A stretch of 64,000 nt of DNA from Syntrophorhabdaceae bacterium (GCA_963666485.2 CAXXUO010000003.1:256001-320000), one strand, 5' to 3'; counted from the stretch's first letter, positions 53,073 through 63,714 are shown. The notes: a model not told the origin generated them from the sequence alone. A program made the numbers and translations.

Positions 53073-54176
53073 CTAGATTTTTTGGAGCCTGTATTTTCTC
53101 GCTCCAAGCCCCAGTTTTTCGGCGTGATCGAGCTGAATGCTCCAGTCGATGCGAGGGTAGAGGGCGCGCCACTTGTCACCGCCCTGGACGGAGATCTCCT
53201 TGATAGCGGTGCCGGGCAGGGACACCTCGTTGTTGACCATGTCGCATGACGCCTGGTCTATGGCCACAGGATCGTCGGATGCCAGGATGCCGATGTCGCG
53301 CACGATCGGGGCGTCGCTGTGGGGGTAGCAATCGCAGGCAGGGCTCACCTGGACGACAAAATTGATAAAAAGTGATCGCTTCTCTTTGTTCTTCAATGCC
53401 CCGGCCGCGTATTCCATCATCTTTTTCTGGAATATGCTGGGGTGTTCGTTCCACTGTATCTCTATCGCGTGGGATGGGCAGATCAGAATACATTCCCCGC
53501 AGCCGATACATTTCTTGCCGTCGATGGAGGCTTTTTTCGATTCGATCCAGATGGCGCCGGACGGGCAATATCCCTGGCACAGCTTGCAGCCCTTGCACGT
53601 GTCGGGGTTTATCTTCGGGGCCACCGTAGAGTGCTGCACCAGCTTTCCCTCGCGTGTTGCGCACCCCATGCCGATGTTCTTGAGCGTCCCGCCGAAGCCG
53701 GACAGTTCGTGGGCCTTGAAATGCGTAACCGCCACCATCGCGTCGGCATCGGCGATCTCTTTCGCGATGTGCACCTCTTTGAGCACCTCGCCCCCGATCG
53801 CCACCCGCGTGCCGCTCATGCCGCGCAAGCCGTCGGCAATGATGAGGGGACATTCGATGCATGAATAGTCGAAACCGTTCTGTATGGCCGTCGTGAGGTG
53901 GTTCACCGTATCGCTTCGGGACCCCGTGTAGAGAGTGTTGGTATCGGTGAGAAAGGGCTTGCCGCCGGCCTCCTTGATCCTCCTCACAATGCTGCGCAGG
54001 AAGACCGGCCGTATATAGCTTGTATTGCCCGCTTCACCGAAATGAAGCTTTATCGCGACGAGATCGTTCTTCCTGATCCTCGTGTCGATCTTCGCGCGGT
54101 TCATGAGATCGACCACTTTGTCGAGGAGGCTGCGATTCGGCGTCGTACGCAGATCTGTGAAGTATACCTTGGTCAT
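53073..54176 (-). CDS. DUF362 protein with an inserted 2[4Fe-4S] ferredoxin domain
   Basis: KLHFGE, two CxxCxxCxxxCP motifs, CDC, DPVAIDQA. Confidence 0.88.
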   Translation of the reverse strand: MTKVYFTDLRTTPNRSLLDKVVDLMNRAKIDTRIRKNDLVAIKLHFGEAGNTSYIRPVFLRSIVRRIKEAGGKPFLTDTNTLYTGSRSDTVNHLTTAIQNGFDYSCIECPLIIADGLRGMSGTRVAIGGEVLKEVHIAKEIADADAMVAVTHFKAHELSGFGGTLKNIGMGCATREGKLVQHSTVAPKINPDTCKGCKLCQGYCPSGAIWIESKKASIDGKKCIGCGECILICPSHAIEIQWNEHPSIFQKKMMEYAAGALKNKEKRSLFINFVVQVSPACDCYPHSDAPIVRDIGILASDDPVAIDQASCDMVNNEVSLPGTAIKEISVQGGDKWRALYPRIDWSIQLDHAEKLGLGARKYRLQKI

Positions 54177-54258
54177 AAGGGCTCCTTTTCTATTCACATT
54201 ACAGGGAAATTATGTTAGAAGTAAGACACTTTTGTCAACATGTAAGGAGGTTCAACGG

Positions 54259-55437
54259 ATGCTCAATCTTTCGGACAAGCACGGCATGATCCAGAAAATT
54301 GCCGAGAAATTAGCCAAGGAAAAGGTCGCTCCCCGGGCAAAAGAGATCGACAAGACCGGATCGTTCCCCTGGGACCTGGTGGACATATACAAGAAGCACG
54401 GTTTCCTCTACATGATGCTCCCCGAGAAGTTCGGTGGGCTCGACGGCGACATCACGTCGCTGTGCCTTGTCATCGAAGAACTGGCCAAGGTGTCCGGTGC
54501 GTCGTCCCTTATCCCCCTTGCACACAATGTCGGTATCATGCCCATCATGGTCTCGGCAAATGACGAACAGAAGGAATACATCTACAACAAGATATGTGAA
54601 CCCGACAAAATGTACCTCGTCGCTTTCGCCCTGACGGAACCGGATGCGGGCTCCGATGCCTCGCACATGAGGACGCGGGCGGTAAAGGAGGGCGACCACT
54701 ATTACCTCAACGGCAAGAAATCAATGATAACGAACGGGGCAAACGCCCAGTTCTACACGGTCTTTGCCGCCACGAACCCGGCAAAGCGGACAGAGGGCAT
54801 ATCCGCCTTCTACGTCGAAAAGGATTACCCCGGGGTCGTTATCGGCAAGAGCGAAGACAAGATGGGCATGATCGGCTCCGATATAACGGAGTTGATCTTC
54901 GACAATGTCCGCCTGGAAAAGCACAACCTCCTCGGCAAGGAAGGGCAGGGATGGGACATCGCGATGTCGACCCTCAACCTGTCACGGCCCGCCGTCGGTG
55001 CGCAGGCAGTCGGCCTGGCGCAGGGTGCCCTCGATTTTGCCGTGGAGTATGCCTGGAAAAGGGTCCAGTTCGGCCAGAAGCTCGCCGATTTCGAAGGGAT
55101 CCAGTTCATGGTCGCCGATATGGCGACAGGGGTCGAGGCGGCCCGGGCCCTCGTCTACGATGCCGCGCACCTGCTCGATATGAAGGTGTACGAGCGCGAC
55201 AAGATGAGCGCCATAGGCGTCGACAAACTCTCTGCCATGGCAAAGGTCTATTCCGCCGACGTGGCCATGAAGGTAACGACCGATGCGGTCCAGATCCTTG
55301 GCGGATACGGGTACACCAAGGAATACCCGGTCGAGAGAATGATGCGCGACGCAAAGGCGACCCAGATATATGAAGGCACGAACCAGGTGCAGAGAATAGT
55401 CATTGCACGTGACATATTCCGTAATTTTATGGGCTGA
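54259..55437 (+). CDS. Acyl-CoA dehydrogenase
   Basis: ALTEPDAGSD, KMG, QILGGYG, IYEGTNQ; AGGAGG RBS. Confidence 0.93.
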   Translation: MLNLSDKHGMIQKIAEKLAKEKVAPRAKEIDKTGSFPWDLVDIYKKHGFLYMMLPEKFGGLDGDITSLCLVIEELAKVSGASSLIPLAHNVGIMPIMVSANDEQKEYIYNKICEPDKMYLVAFALTEPDAGSDASHMRTRAVKEGDHYYLNGKKSMITNGANAQFYTVFAATNPAKRTEGISAFYVEKDYPGVVIGKSEDKMGMIGSDITELIFDNVRLEKHNLLGKEGQGWDIAMSTLNLSRPAVGAQAVGLAQGALDFAVEYAWKRVQFGQKLADFEGIQFMVADMATGVEAARALVYDAAHLLDMKVYERDKMSAIGVDKLSAMAKVYSADVAMKVTTDAVQILGGYGYTKEYPVERMMRDAKATQIYEGTNQVQRIVIARDIFRNFMG

Positions 55438-55457
55438 TACACCCTTAAAGTGACAAT

Positions 55458-55499
55458 AAAAAAGCCGGATGATCGTTCGACCATCCGGCTTTAATTTTT
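55458..55499. terminator. Bidirectional terminator
   Basis: AAAGCCGGATG/CATCCGGCTTT stem with A and T tails between convergent genes. Confidence 0.75.
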
Positions 55500-55510
55500 A
55501 TATTTTCGTA

Positions 55511-55795
55511 TCAACCCATCTTTTCAACGAACTCGAAAACGGGAATGGCGGACAGTGTCGTGATCTCGACCGTGCCGCGGGAGCCAAGCTCGGTAGATAC
55601 GCGGGCGATGGTCTCGTTGTCGGGGGCTTCGACGACATTTATAAAGTCATACTTTCCCAGTGTAGCGTACTGGGCAAGGACCTTTGCACCCATTTTCTCG
55701 ATCTCCTTGTCCACCTCTTTGATCCGCTCAGGATGGTTTTTGATCGTTTTGCGCCCTTCGTTGGTCAATTTGCTGACGAGAATGTATATTGGCAT
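55511..55795 (-). CDS. GYD-domain protein
   Basis: LGKYD, EAPD, G.V...T pattern; ~94 aa. Confidence 0.8.
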   Translation of the reverse strand: MPIYILVSKLTNEGRKTIKNHPERIKEVDKEIEKMGAKVLAQYATLGKYDFINVVEAPDNETIARVSTELGSRGTVEITTLSAIPVFEFVEKMG

Positions 55796-55916
55796 ACAAT
55801 CACCCCTCTTATTTTTGACAATATTATAATAAGGGGTTGCCATATTGCAACACGTTTTTCCGGACAGCCCGCCCGCGAAATCTTGATGCGGACCATGACG
55901 GTTGTCGTTCAGGTTA

Positions 55917-55945
55917 TTGAAACTTGGTTATTATTGTAGTATTAT
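55917..55945 (+). promoter_or_regulatory. Putative sigma70 promoter of the S41 peptidase gene
   Basis: TTGAAA-N17-TATTAT. Confidence 0.5.
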
Positions 55946-55966
55946 CATCATCATTACGGAGGTAGC

Positions 55967-57280
55967 ATGAGCAAAAAGACCAAAGTCTTCTTGAGCCTCT
56001 TCTTTGTATCGGTTTTCCTTCTCGGCATCATGATCGGGGCACAGGGCAAGAAAACCGCCCAGGGGGGCGAGAACAAGGAGATATATGAATACCTGAGGAC
56101 CTTTTCCGACGTCATTGACCTCGTCAAGCGCAATTACGTTGAAGAGGTCAAGGACAAGGATATCGTCTATGCCGCCATCAAGGGTATACTGGAATCCTTA
56201 GACCCGCACTCGTCATTCCTTCCCCCCGATATGTACAAGGAGATGCAGACCGATACCAAGGGGGAATTCGGCGGGATCGGTATCGAGATAACGATCAAAG
56301 ACGGCTTCCCGACGGTCATCACGCCCATAGAGGACACGCCGGCGTTCAAGGCCGGTATGAAGTCGGGCGACCATATCGTCAAGATAGACGGGAAAAATAC
56401 GAAAAATATGAGCCTGATGGATGTCGTCAAGCTCATCAGGGGACCAAAGGGCAAGGCGGTGACGCTCACGGTCGCGAGAGAAGGGACCCAGGGCCTGAAG
56501 GAATATACCGTCGTCCGCGACACCATACAGGTCAAGAGCGTCAAATACCGGATGCTGACCGACGAGTACGGGTACATCCGTCTGGCGCAGTTCCAGGAAA
56601 AGACGTCGAAAGACCTTGATAACGCCTTGAAAGAGCTTGAAAAGGCGAACAAGGGCAAAGCGCTCAAGGGACTCGTCCTCGACCTCAGGAACGATCCGGG
56701 CGGACTTCTCGAGCAGGCGGTAGAGGTCTCGGATAAGTTCCTCTCCGAGGGGCTTATCGTATCGATCGAAGGGCGTGCAGGAAAGCGCAACCCCGAGGAT
56801 AACAAAATGAAGTTTTACGCCCAGAAAAAGGGCACGAAATATACCGGCCCGATGGTCGTTCTGGTGAACGAAGGCAGCGCAAGCGCATCCGAGATCGTTG
56901 CCGGCGCCCTGCAGGATTACAAGCGTGCCGTTATTGTCGGCACGAAAAGCTTCGGGAAGGGCTCGGTCCAGACCATATTCCCGCTCGGTGACGGCTCCGC
57001 AGTGCGTTTGACGACGGCCAAGTACTATACGCCGAAAGGCAGGTCGATCCAGTCGGAGGGCATCGTTCCGGATATTACGGTCGAGAACAATTTTGTAAAA
57101 TCGCGGGAAAAGGTGACCCCGCTTACCGAAAAGGACCTCGAGAAGAAGACCGACAGAAACCCTGTCGTGAAGCGCCCGGAAGATTTTTCGGTCAAGAACC
57201 TTGAAGATGAAGATTTCCAGCTTTACATGGGGTTGCAGATATTGAAGGGTTGGGAGGCTTTAAGGGGTAAGGCCTCCTGA
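55967..57280 (+). CDS. ctpA: Carboxyl-terminal processing protease (S41)
   Basis: LDPHS, PDZ GIG, DLRNDPGG, SASASE, GKGSVQ. Confidence 0.92.
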   Translation: MSKKTKVFLSLFFVSVFLLGIMIGAQGKKTAQGGENKEIYEYLRTFSDVIDLVKRNYVEEVKDKDIVYAAIKGILESLDPHSSFLPPDMYKEMQTDTKGEFGGIGIEITIKDGFPTVITPIEDTPAFKAGMKSGDHIVKIDGKNTKNMSLMDVVKLIRGPKGKAVTLTVAREGTQGLKEYTVVRDTIQVKSVKYRMLTDEYGYIRLAQFQEKTSKDLDNALKELEKANKGKALKGLVLDLRNDPGGLLEQAVEVSDKFLSEGLIVSIEGRAGKRNPEDNKMKFYAQKKGTKYTGPMVVLVNEGSASASEIVAGALQDYKRAVIVGTKSFGKGSVQTIFPLGDGSAVRLTTAKYYTPKGRSIQSEGIVPDITVENNFVKSREKVTPLTEKDLEKKTDRNPVVKRPEDFSVKNLEDEDFQLYMGLQILKGWEALRGKAS

Positions 57281-57301
57281 CACGCGTCAGGACTATCGGA
57301 G

Positions 57302-57339
57302 AACGGGTAAAACTTTTGAGCAGGTTTTGCCCGTTTTTT
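57302..57339 (+). terminator. Intrinsic terminator
   Basis: AACGGGTAAAAC/GTTTTGCCCGTT stem followed by a T run. Confidence 0.75.
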
Positions 57340-57416
57340 AACTCATCAGAGCGACGCTGCTTTTTACACGGGTTTTAGATGGCGTTGCCGGTTAAAACAG
57401 ACATTAAGGAGGCAGA

Positions 57417-58640
57417 ATGAAGCCTGTTGAAATCAAACCGGATATTTACTGGGTTGGAGTGATCGACTGGGCTGTGCGTGATTTTCACGGCTATGTCACG
57501 CCGAATGGCACCACGTACAACAACTACCTTATCATGGACCGGGATGTGACCCTTCTCGACACCGTCAAACACGACTTTGACCTGGTCGCTGTGGACAACA
57601 TCAAACGCATTGTAGACCTCAAAAAGATAAAGAATGTTGTGATCAACCATATAGAGCCCGATCATGCGAGCAGCATAGCGACGATCATGGAGCATACACC
57701 CGATGCCACGATATACATAACGGAGCGGGGGAAGAAGGGCCTTGACCGGCATTTCGACACGGCAGCCTGGAAATTTAAGGTCGTGAAGAGCGGGGATACC
57801 CTGAGCACCGGCAAATACACCCTCACCTTCCTGGAAACCCCCATGCTGCACTGGCCCGATTCCATGGTCACATATATTAAAGAAGCGAAGCTCCTCATAT
57901 CGCAGGACGCCTTCGGGCAGCACATGGCGTCGGCATCGCGGTTTGACGACGAGTTTGTCTCCTGCCATTCCCAGTTCGAACTCGATGATGCGATCGTCGA
58001 TTACTACGCGAACATCCTGATGCCGTTCGGTAAATTAATACAGCAAAAAATCGAGGAGGTCGTGAAACTCGGGCTCGAGTTCGACATGATCGCACCGGAC
58101 CACGGCATCATATGGCGGAAGGACCCGGGATACATTATCAGCAGGTACCTCGAACTGGCAAAGGGCAAGGCGGACTTAAGCGCTGTCATTATCTACGATA
58201 CGATGTGGCACTCGACGGAGTTGATGTCCGATCCCGTCATGAACGGCATAAAGGATGCGGGTGTTCCCTGCAAGATAATAAAGTTGCGGGCGACCCCCAT
58301 GAGCGTCGCAATAAAGGAGTTCTGGAGGTCCCGCGGATGCCTTATCGGTACGCCGACCATCAACAATGTCATGTTCCCGTCAATCGCCGAGCTCCTCTAT
58401 CACCTCGGCGGCTTGAGGCCGAAAGACAGGATAATGGGCGCGTTCGGGAGCTTCGGATGGGGCGGCGGCGCGGTCAAGGAGGCCTACGCCCGGTTCACGC
58501 AGATGGGGCTTGAAGTTTTCGAGCCCGGGCTGCAGGTTCACTACAGGCCGTCGAGCCAAGACATGGACACGTGCTATGAGTTCGGTCAGAACTTCGCACA
58601 GCGCCTGAAAGAATACCATGCGAAATACGATATCCTGTAA
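57417..58640 (+). CDS. fprA: Flavodiiron protein (FprA)
   Basis: HIEPDH, HWPD, DAFGQH, APDHG, flavodoxin domain. Confidence 0.92.
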   Translation: MKPVEIKPDIYWVGVIDWAVRDFHGYVTPNGTTYNNYLIMDRDVTLLDTVKHDFDLVAVDNIKRIVDLKKIKNVVINHIEPDHASSIATIMEHTPDATIYITERGKKGLDRHFDTAAWKFKVVKSGDTLSTGKYTLTFLETPMLHWPDSMVTYIKEAKLLISQDAFGQHMASASRFDDEFVSCHSQFELDDAIVDYYANILMPFGKLIQQKIEEVVKLGLEFDMIAPDHGIIWRKDPGYIISRYLELAKGKADLSAVIIYDTMWHSTELMSDPVMNGIKDAGVPCKIIKLRATPMSVAIKEFWRSRGCLIGTPTINNVMFPSIAELLYHLGGLRPKDRIMGAFGSFGWGGGAVKEAYARFTQMGLEVFEPGLQVHYRPSSQDMDTCYEFGQNFAQRLKEYHAKYDIL

Positions 58641-58660
58641 CACACAGAAGGAGGGTCATT

Positions 58661-59158
58661 ATGTCAAAAACGGAAGAGAATCTTCAGGAAGCATTTGCCG
58701 GTGAATCACAGGCGAACCGGAAATATCTTGCATTTGCCGCAAAGGCGGATGCGGAGGGTTTCAAGCAGGTTGCCAAACTGTTCAGGGCTGCCGCTGAAGC
58801 CGAGACCGTCCATGCCAATAATCATTTAAGGGAGCTCAAGGGGATCAGGAGTACAAAAGAGAACCTGGAAGAGGCGGTCGGCGGGGAGACCCACGAGTTC
58901 AAATCGATGTACCCGGCAATGATAGACGAGGCAAAAGCTGCCGGCTTGAACGGCGCGGTCAGGACGTTCCAGTATGCGAACGATGTAGAAAAAGTGCATG
59001 CGGAACTCTATCAGAAGGCACTCGATAATCTCGGAAAGAACGAGGAGACCGACTACTGGGTCTGCAAGGTCTGCGGGAATACGGTCGAAGGTCCCGAACC
59101 GCCCGACGAATGCAGCGTCTGCAAGGCCAAGAAGATGGCTTTTTACAAGGTAAGCTAG
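58661..59158 (+). CDS. Rubrerythrin
   Basis: GESQA, ETVHA, EKVH, CKVCG...CSVC. Confidence 0.92.
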   Translation: MSKTEENLQEAFAGESQANRKYLAFAAKADAEGFKQVAKLFRAAAEAETVHANNHLRELKGIRSTKENLEEAVGGETHEFKSMYPAMIDEAKAAGLNGAVRTFQYANDVEKVHAELYQKALDNLGKNEETDYWVCKVCGNTVEGPEPPDECSVCKAKKMAFYKVS

Positions 59159-59234
59159 GCAACAAAAGGAGACGCAGGGCCGGGCAGGCCTCATCATGGC
59201 TTTCCCGGCATTATCATGCCCCGGGGGTAACACC

Positions 59235-59804
59235 GTGAGAATTCTCGTATTCAATGGAAGTCCCAGAGTAGGTGGAAATACTGACCTTCTCGTTCAGTCG
59301 GCATTAAAAGGGATCGATCGGGCACTGAACCGCGTCGATTATTTCAGGCTCAACGATATGGAGATCAAGCCGTGCCAGAACTGCGGCGGTTGCACGGAAA
59401 CCCGTGTATGCGTCATCAAGGACAAGATGCAGCAGCTCTATCCGGCTATCAGGAAAGCTGACCGGGTCATACTGGCGTCCCCGATCTATTTCAGTGGCCT
59501 GTCTGCGCAGACAAAGATCATGATCGACAGATGTCAGCCCTTCTGGTGTGAAAAGTACATTCACAATATGCCTATTGCAGGCAAGATCCACAGAAAAGGC
59601 CTTCTCCTCCTGGTGGGAGGCATGAAAAGGCAGATCGGGGCGGATTGCTCGAATGCGACGGCAACGGCCTTTTTCAGGAGCATCAGCGTAGAAGAACACA
59701 AAACCCTCGCCTTCCTCGGGGTAGATAAGCCGGCAGGGATCAAGGACCACCCGACAGCCCTGCAGGACGTTTATGACGCGGTGAAGAACATTTCCTCGCA
59801 CTAA
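59235..59804 (+). CDS. Flavodoxin-fold iron-sulfur flavoprotein
   Basis: GSPR..GNT, CQNCGGC.....C, SPIYF; GTG start after GGGGG. Confidence 0.85.
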   Translation: MRILVFNGSPRVGGNTDLLVQSALKGIDRALNRVDYFRLNDMEIKPCQNCGGCTETRVCVIKDKMQQLYPAIRKADRVILASPIYFSGLSAQTKIMIDRCQPFWCEKYIHNMPIAGKIHRKGLLLLVGGMKRQIGADCSNATATAFFRSISVEEHKTLAFLGVDKPAGIKDHPTALQDVYDAVKNISSH

Positions 59805-59824
59805 TTCTACAATTTTATAGTAGT

Positions 59825-60011
59825 CGTCATTCCCGCGAAGCGGGAATCCAGCGTCTTTGTCCTTGAATCTGTACAGGTTTTCAATTATGTGATCTCTTGC
59901 GTAGAAGGCAGCGAGCAGCTGATCTACGGACACAGGATGTATACACCTCTCCGGGTATTGCGCAAAAAAACAACGAGAAAGACGCTGGATTCCCGCTTCG
60001 CGGGAATGACG
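59825..60011. repeat. Perfect 34-bp inverted REP pair around a 119-bp spacer (REPIN-like)
   Basis: CGTCATTCCCGCGAAGCGGGAATCCAGCGTCTTT at 59825-59858 and its reverse complement at 59978-60011. Confidence 0.92.
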
Positions 60012-60095
60012 GCAGATTTTATAGGTGAGCTTCCACTCCCGGGTTTTTATCGACCGCCGCATTACGAAGGACGGGCTTCGAGAGTGGCGATGGCG

Positions 60096-60124
60096 TTGAC
60101 ATTAAGATATCCGCATAGTATAAA
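60096..60124 (+). promoter_or_regulatory. Putative sigma70 promoter of feoAB
   Basis: TTGACA-N17-TATAAA. Confidence 0.65.
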
Positions 60125-60151
60125 CAAACGCGTGATGAAAGGCTTATATTA

Positions 60152-62392
60152 ATGAGCGAAGAATTATTTCCCGTTACCCTGCTCGACGAGGGCCAGGAAG
60201 CCGTCGTACGCCTGTTGTCGGGGGGAGAGAGCCTGACCGGGCGCCTTGCCTCCATGGGGATCATCCCGGGAAGCCGGATAAAGCTCCTGAGAAAGAGCCG
60301 CGGCCAGATAATCGTCCTGGCATCGGATACGCGTGTTGCGCTTGGCAAGACCCAGGCAGAAAAGATACTGGTCAAAAGGGAGGCGCTCCACGAAGAAGAG
60401 GCGCCGAAGCCTGACCGCACGCTCCTCGTTGCACTTGCCGGACAGCCCAATGTGGGGAAAACGACCGTTTTTAACCTGTTGACAGGGCTTTCCCAGCACA
60501 TAGGCAATTGGCCCGGCAAAACCGTTGAACGAAAAGAGGGTACGCACCGGATAGGCAATACCGAGATAAAGCTTGTTGACCTCCCCGGGACATACAGTCT
60601 CAGTGCCTATTCTGAAGAAGAACGCGTAACGCGTGAATTTCTCATCCACGAGCATCCCGATGTGACCGTACTTTTCGTCAACGCTTCCGCCCTCGAAAGA
60701 AGCTTGTACCTCCTCACTGAACTCCTGCTGCTCAGGTCCCCGGTCATCCTTGCCGTCAATATGCTTGATGTAGCGGAGGGGCAGGGCGTTCACATCGATG
60801 TCGAAGCCCTCGAGTCATCTCTCGGCATCCCCGTCATTCCAACTGTTGCCACCAAAAATAAGGGCGTCCGTGAACTGCTCGAAGAGATCCTGAAGATAAC
60901 GAAAAATCAATCGGTGTACCGGCCAAAGATACCGCAGGTCACGACAGACCACCGGGACATATTCCAGAAGATCGCCGAGGTTGTCAGGGATTACGTACCT
61001 TTACCCTACACGGTCGACTGGGTGGTCACGAAGCTGATGGAAGGTGATAGCGAGGTCACGGAGGTATTTCGCGAGGTCGTTCCTGTTTCTGTCTGGAATG
61101 AGATACAGGGCCTGCTTGTTGCCCATGAGGACGCGCTTCGGTCGGTGGTCGGCGGGCGGTATGACTGGATCGAAGAGGCGACGCGTGCGGCGGTCTCACG
61201 CTTCAGGCGCGGACAGGTCCTGATGACAGACCGCATTGACCACGTGCTGACCCGGCCATCGACAGGCATACCTGTCCTTCTCGGGATACTTGCCGTGGTC
61301 TTCGTCGTTACGTTCCTCATCGGCTACCCCCTGCAGAGGCTCCTGGAATCCGTGGTATCGTGGCTCGGATCGGCTGTCGACGGCAGCCTGGCATCGGAGC
61401 CTCAGTGGATGCGGGGCCTGTTGGTCAACGGCATCATCGGCGGGGCCGGTTCCGTGCTTACATTCGTTCCCATACTGGCCATCTTCTTCTTCGCCATGTC
61501 GTTTCTTGAAAATGTCGGTTACATGGCCCGCGCCGCGTTCGTCATGGACAGGTTCATGCATATCATCGGCCTGCACGGGAAGAGCTTTCTGCCCATGTGC
61601 CTGGGGTTCGGGTGCAACGTCGCATCGGTCCTGGGTGCACGGATAGTAGAGTCGAGGAAGGCAAGGCTTCTTACAATATTCCTGTCGCCGCTTGTCCCGT
61701 GCACGGGACGGCTCGCTGTCATAACCTTTGTAACGGCCGCGGTTTTCGCGGGTCACGGGCTCATCATGAGCTGGGTCCTCGTCGCCCTGAATATCGTGAT
61801 GCTGGGTATTGCGGGTACGATGATAGGCCGATTGTTTCTCAAGGAAGAGCAGGTCCCGTTCATCATGGAACTGCCCCTCTACCACACCCCGGATTTTCGG
61901 ACGATAAGTATCGTAGTATGGCATCGCACGGTCGCTTTCGTGAAGAAAGCCGGTACCGTTATACTCGTTTTTTCCATCATACTCTGGATCATATCGAATG
62001 TCCCGTCAGGGACGGTTGAAAAAAGCATTCTCGGCAGGATAGGGATGTTCCTGGAGCCGGTGGGCAAACCTCTCGGACTTGACTGGCGAATGCTTGTCGC
62101 CCTGCTATCGAGCGTTATAGCGAAAGAGAATTCCGTCGCAACGCTGGGTATCCTGTACAACGTCGGGGACCAGGGCCTGATGAACGTCCTGTCCGGCACG
62201 ATTCCCCACGCCTCCGCTGTTTCATTCCTCGTTGTCCTCATGCTTTTCATCCCCTGCGCTCCGACAATAACCGTCATGAAACAGGAAATGGCCGACAGGA
62301 AATGGTTCGTCATTTCCTTCGTTTTCATGCTGGTCCTCTCCTACGTTATGGGAATGGCGGCGTACGGTATCGCGCGCATGGCAGGTATATGA
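60152..62392 (+). CDS. feoB: FeoA-FeoB fusion ferrous iron transporter
   Basis: N-terminal FeoA (RLASMGI.PG), GQPNVGKT, DLPG, NMLD, FGC, PC gate motifs. Confidence 0.93.
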   Translation: MSEELFPVTLLDEGQEAVVRLLSGGESLTGRLASMGIIPGSRIKLLRKSRGQIIVLASDTRVALGKTQAEKILVKREALHEEEAPKPDRTLLVALAGQPNVGKTTVFNLLTGLSQHIGNWPGKTVERKEGTHRIGNTEIKLVDLPGTYSLSAYSEEERVTREFLIHEHPDVTVLFVNASALERSLYLLTELLLLRSPVILAVNMLDVAEGQGVHIDVEALESSLGIPVIPTVATKNKGVRELLEEILKITKNQSVYRPKIPQVTTDHRDIFQKIAEVVRDYVPLPYTVDWVVTKLMEGDSEVTEVFREVVPVSVWNEIQGLLVAHEDALRSVVGGRYDWIEEATRAAVSRFRRGQVLMTDRIDHVLTRPSTGIPVLLGILAVVFVVTFLIGYPLQRLLESVVSWLGSAVDGSLASEPQWMRGLLVNGIIGGAGSVLTFVPILAIFFFAMSFLENVGYMARAAFVMDRFMHIIGLHGKSFLPMCLGFGCNVASVLGARIVESRKARLLTIFLSPLVPCTGRLAVITFVTAAVFAGHGLIMSWVLVALNIVMLGIAGTMIGRLFLKEEQVPFIMELPLYHTPDFRTISIVVWHRTVAFVKKAGTVILVFSIILWIISNVPSGTVEKSILGRIGMFLEPVGKPLGLDWRMLVALLSSVIAKENSVATLGILYNVGDQGLMNVLSGTIPHASAVSFLVVLMLFIPCAPTITVMKQEMADRKWFVISFVFMLVLSYVMGMAAYGIARMAGI

Positions 62393-62408
62393 AAAAAAAG
62401 AAGAAGAC

Positions 62409-62436
62409 GGTTCAAGGTTCAATGTTCGAGGTTCAA
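62409..62436 (+). repeat. Degenerate GGTTCAA array, four copies
   Basis: GGTTCAAGGTTCAATGTTCGAGGTTCAA after the feoB stop. Confidence 0.8.
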
Positions 62437-62573
62437 TGTAAAAAGATACATGCCGCGCTGTAGTGGGCAAATGTGCCGGGTATGGTGTATAATAAACCTG
62501 AGCATATGACCGCCGGAAAGAAAAGACCGCAACAATGCCTGCCGAACAGGAAATAATATAAAATAGGAAATGT

Positions 62574-63704
62574 ATGACCTTGTTCTTTGTGATATTTTTT
62601 AGCCTTTATGCAGCCCTGCACGCGTATGTATTTATCAAGACATGGAATGCTTTCAAGTTTGGCGTTACAACGGGCAGCGTCCTGGCGTTCATATTTCTGC
62701 TGTGCGTTTTCACACCGCTGCTTGTACGTTCTTTCGAACATGGCGGGCACGAAGGGACAGCGCGAATTCTCGCGTATGGGGGCTATGTATGGATGTGCCT
62801 GATCTTTATCTTCTTTGTCATTTCGATCAGCATAGATATCAGCCGGTTGTGCATTATAATCTTTTCTTCCATAGCAAAGATCAATCTGCCGCACACTATC
62901 CATTCGGGCCTTGTTTTCTTCCTTATATCGTCGGTCGCGTCTATCGCTATCACGTCATACGGCTTCCACGAGGCACGGACGATCCGCACGGAAAGAATCG
63001 GGATCGAGACAACGAAGCTTCCGCGCGGGGTGGACAAACTGACAATAGTCCAGATCTCGGATGTTCATCTCGGACTCATAAACAAGGATGTGCGGTTAAG
63101 GCGCGCAGCCGCGATCATAAAGGACATAAAACCGGACATACTTGTATCGACGGGTGATCTTGTAGACGGCCAGATCAATAGCCTGAACGGTCTTTCTGAC
63201 ATCCTCAAGGATATTGAAGCGCCTTACGGGAAATATGCGATCATGGGAAATCACGAATTCTATGCAGGCGTCGGGGTTTCCGAGGAATTTGCGTCGAAGG
63301 CAGGCTTCGTTATGCTGCGGCAGAAGGCGGTGACCATAAAGAATATCGTGAATATCGTCGGGGTGGACGATACCGGCCATGGGCGCCGGCGTGTTTCAAT
63401 AACGGATAAGCAGGTGCTCGAAAAAGTGCCTCAAAATATTTTTACGGTCTTCCTCAAACATCGCCCTGAAGTCGATGCCGAATTGCTCGGGTTGTTTGAC
63501 CTTCAGTTATCGGGCCATACGCACGGGGGGCAGATATACCCGTTCCGGTATGTTACGCAGTTGTCGTTCCCGATGGTGGCAGGTCTGTACGAACTTGACG
63601 ACGACACGGTCCTGTATGTCAGCAGGGGAACGGGGACCTGGGGGCCGCCCATTCGCTTCATGACTCCCCCTGAGGTGACGGTCTTCGAAATTATACGAAA
63701 ATAG
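62574..63704 (+). CDS. Membrane-anchored metallophosphoesterase
   Basis: Four N-terminal TMs; SDVH, GD, GNHE, GHTHGGQ. Confidence 0.9.
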   Translation: MTLFFVIFFSLYAALHAYVFIKTWNAFKFGVTTGSVLAFIFLLCVFTPLLVRSFEHGGHEGTARILAYGGYVWMCLIFIFFVISISIDISRLCIIIFSSIAKINLPHTIHSGLVFFLISSVASIAITSYGFHEARTIRTERIGIETTKLPRGVDKLTIVQISDVHLGLINKDVRLRRAAAIIKDIKPDILVSTGDLVDGQINSLNGLSDILKDIEAPYGKYAIMGNHEFYAGVGVSEEFASKAGFVMLRQKAVTIKNIVNIVGVDDTGHGRRRVSITDKQVLEKVPQNIFTVFLKHRPEVDAELLGLFDLQLSGHTHGGQIYPFRYVTQLSFPMVAGLYELDDDTVLYVSRGTGTWGPPIRFMTPPEVTVFEIIRK

Positions 63705-63714
63705 CCCGGATGCC

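Noticed and set aside
54259..55437. Assignment as cyclohexene-carboxyl-CoA dehydrogenase
   Set aside because: It has the canonical IYEG catalytic Glu and no supporting neighbours; substrate cannot be called
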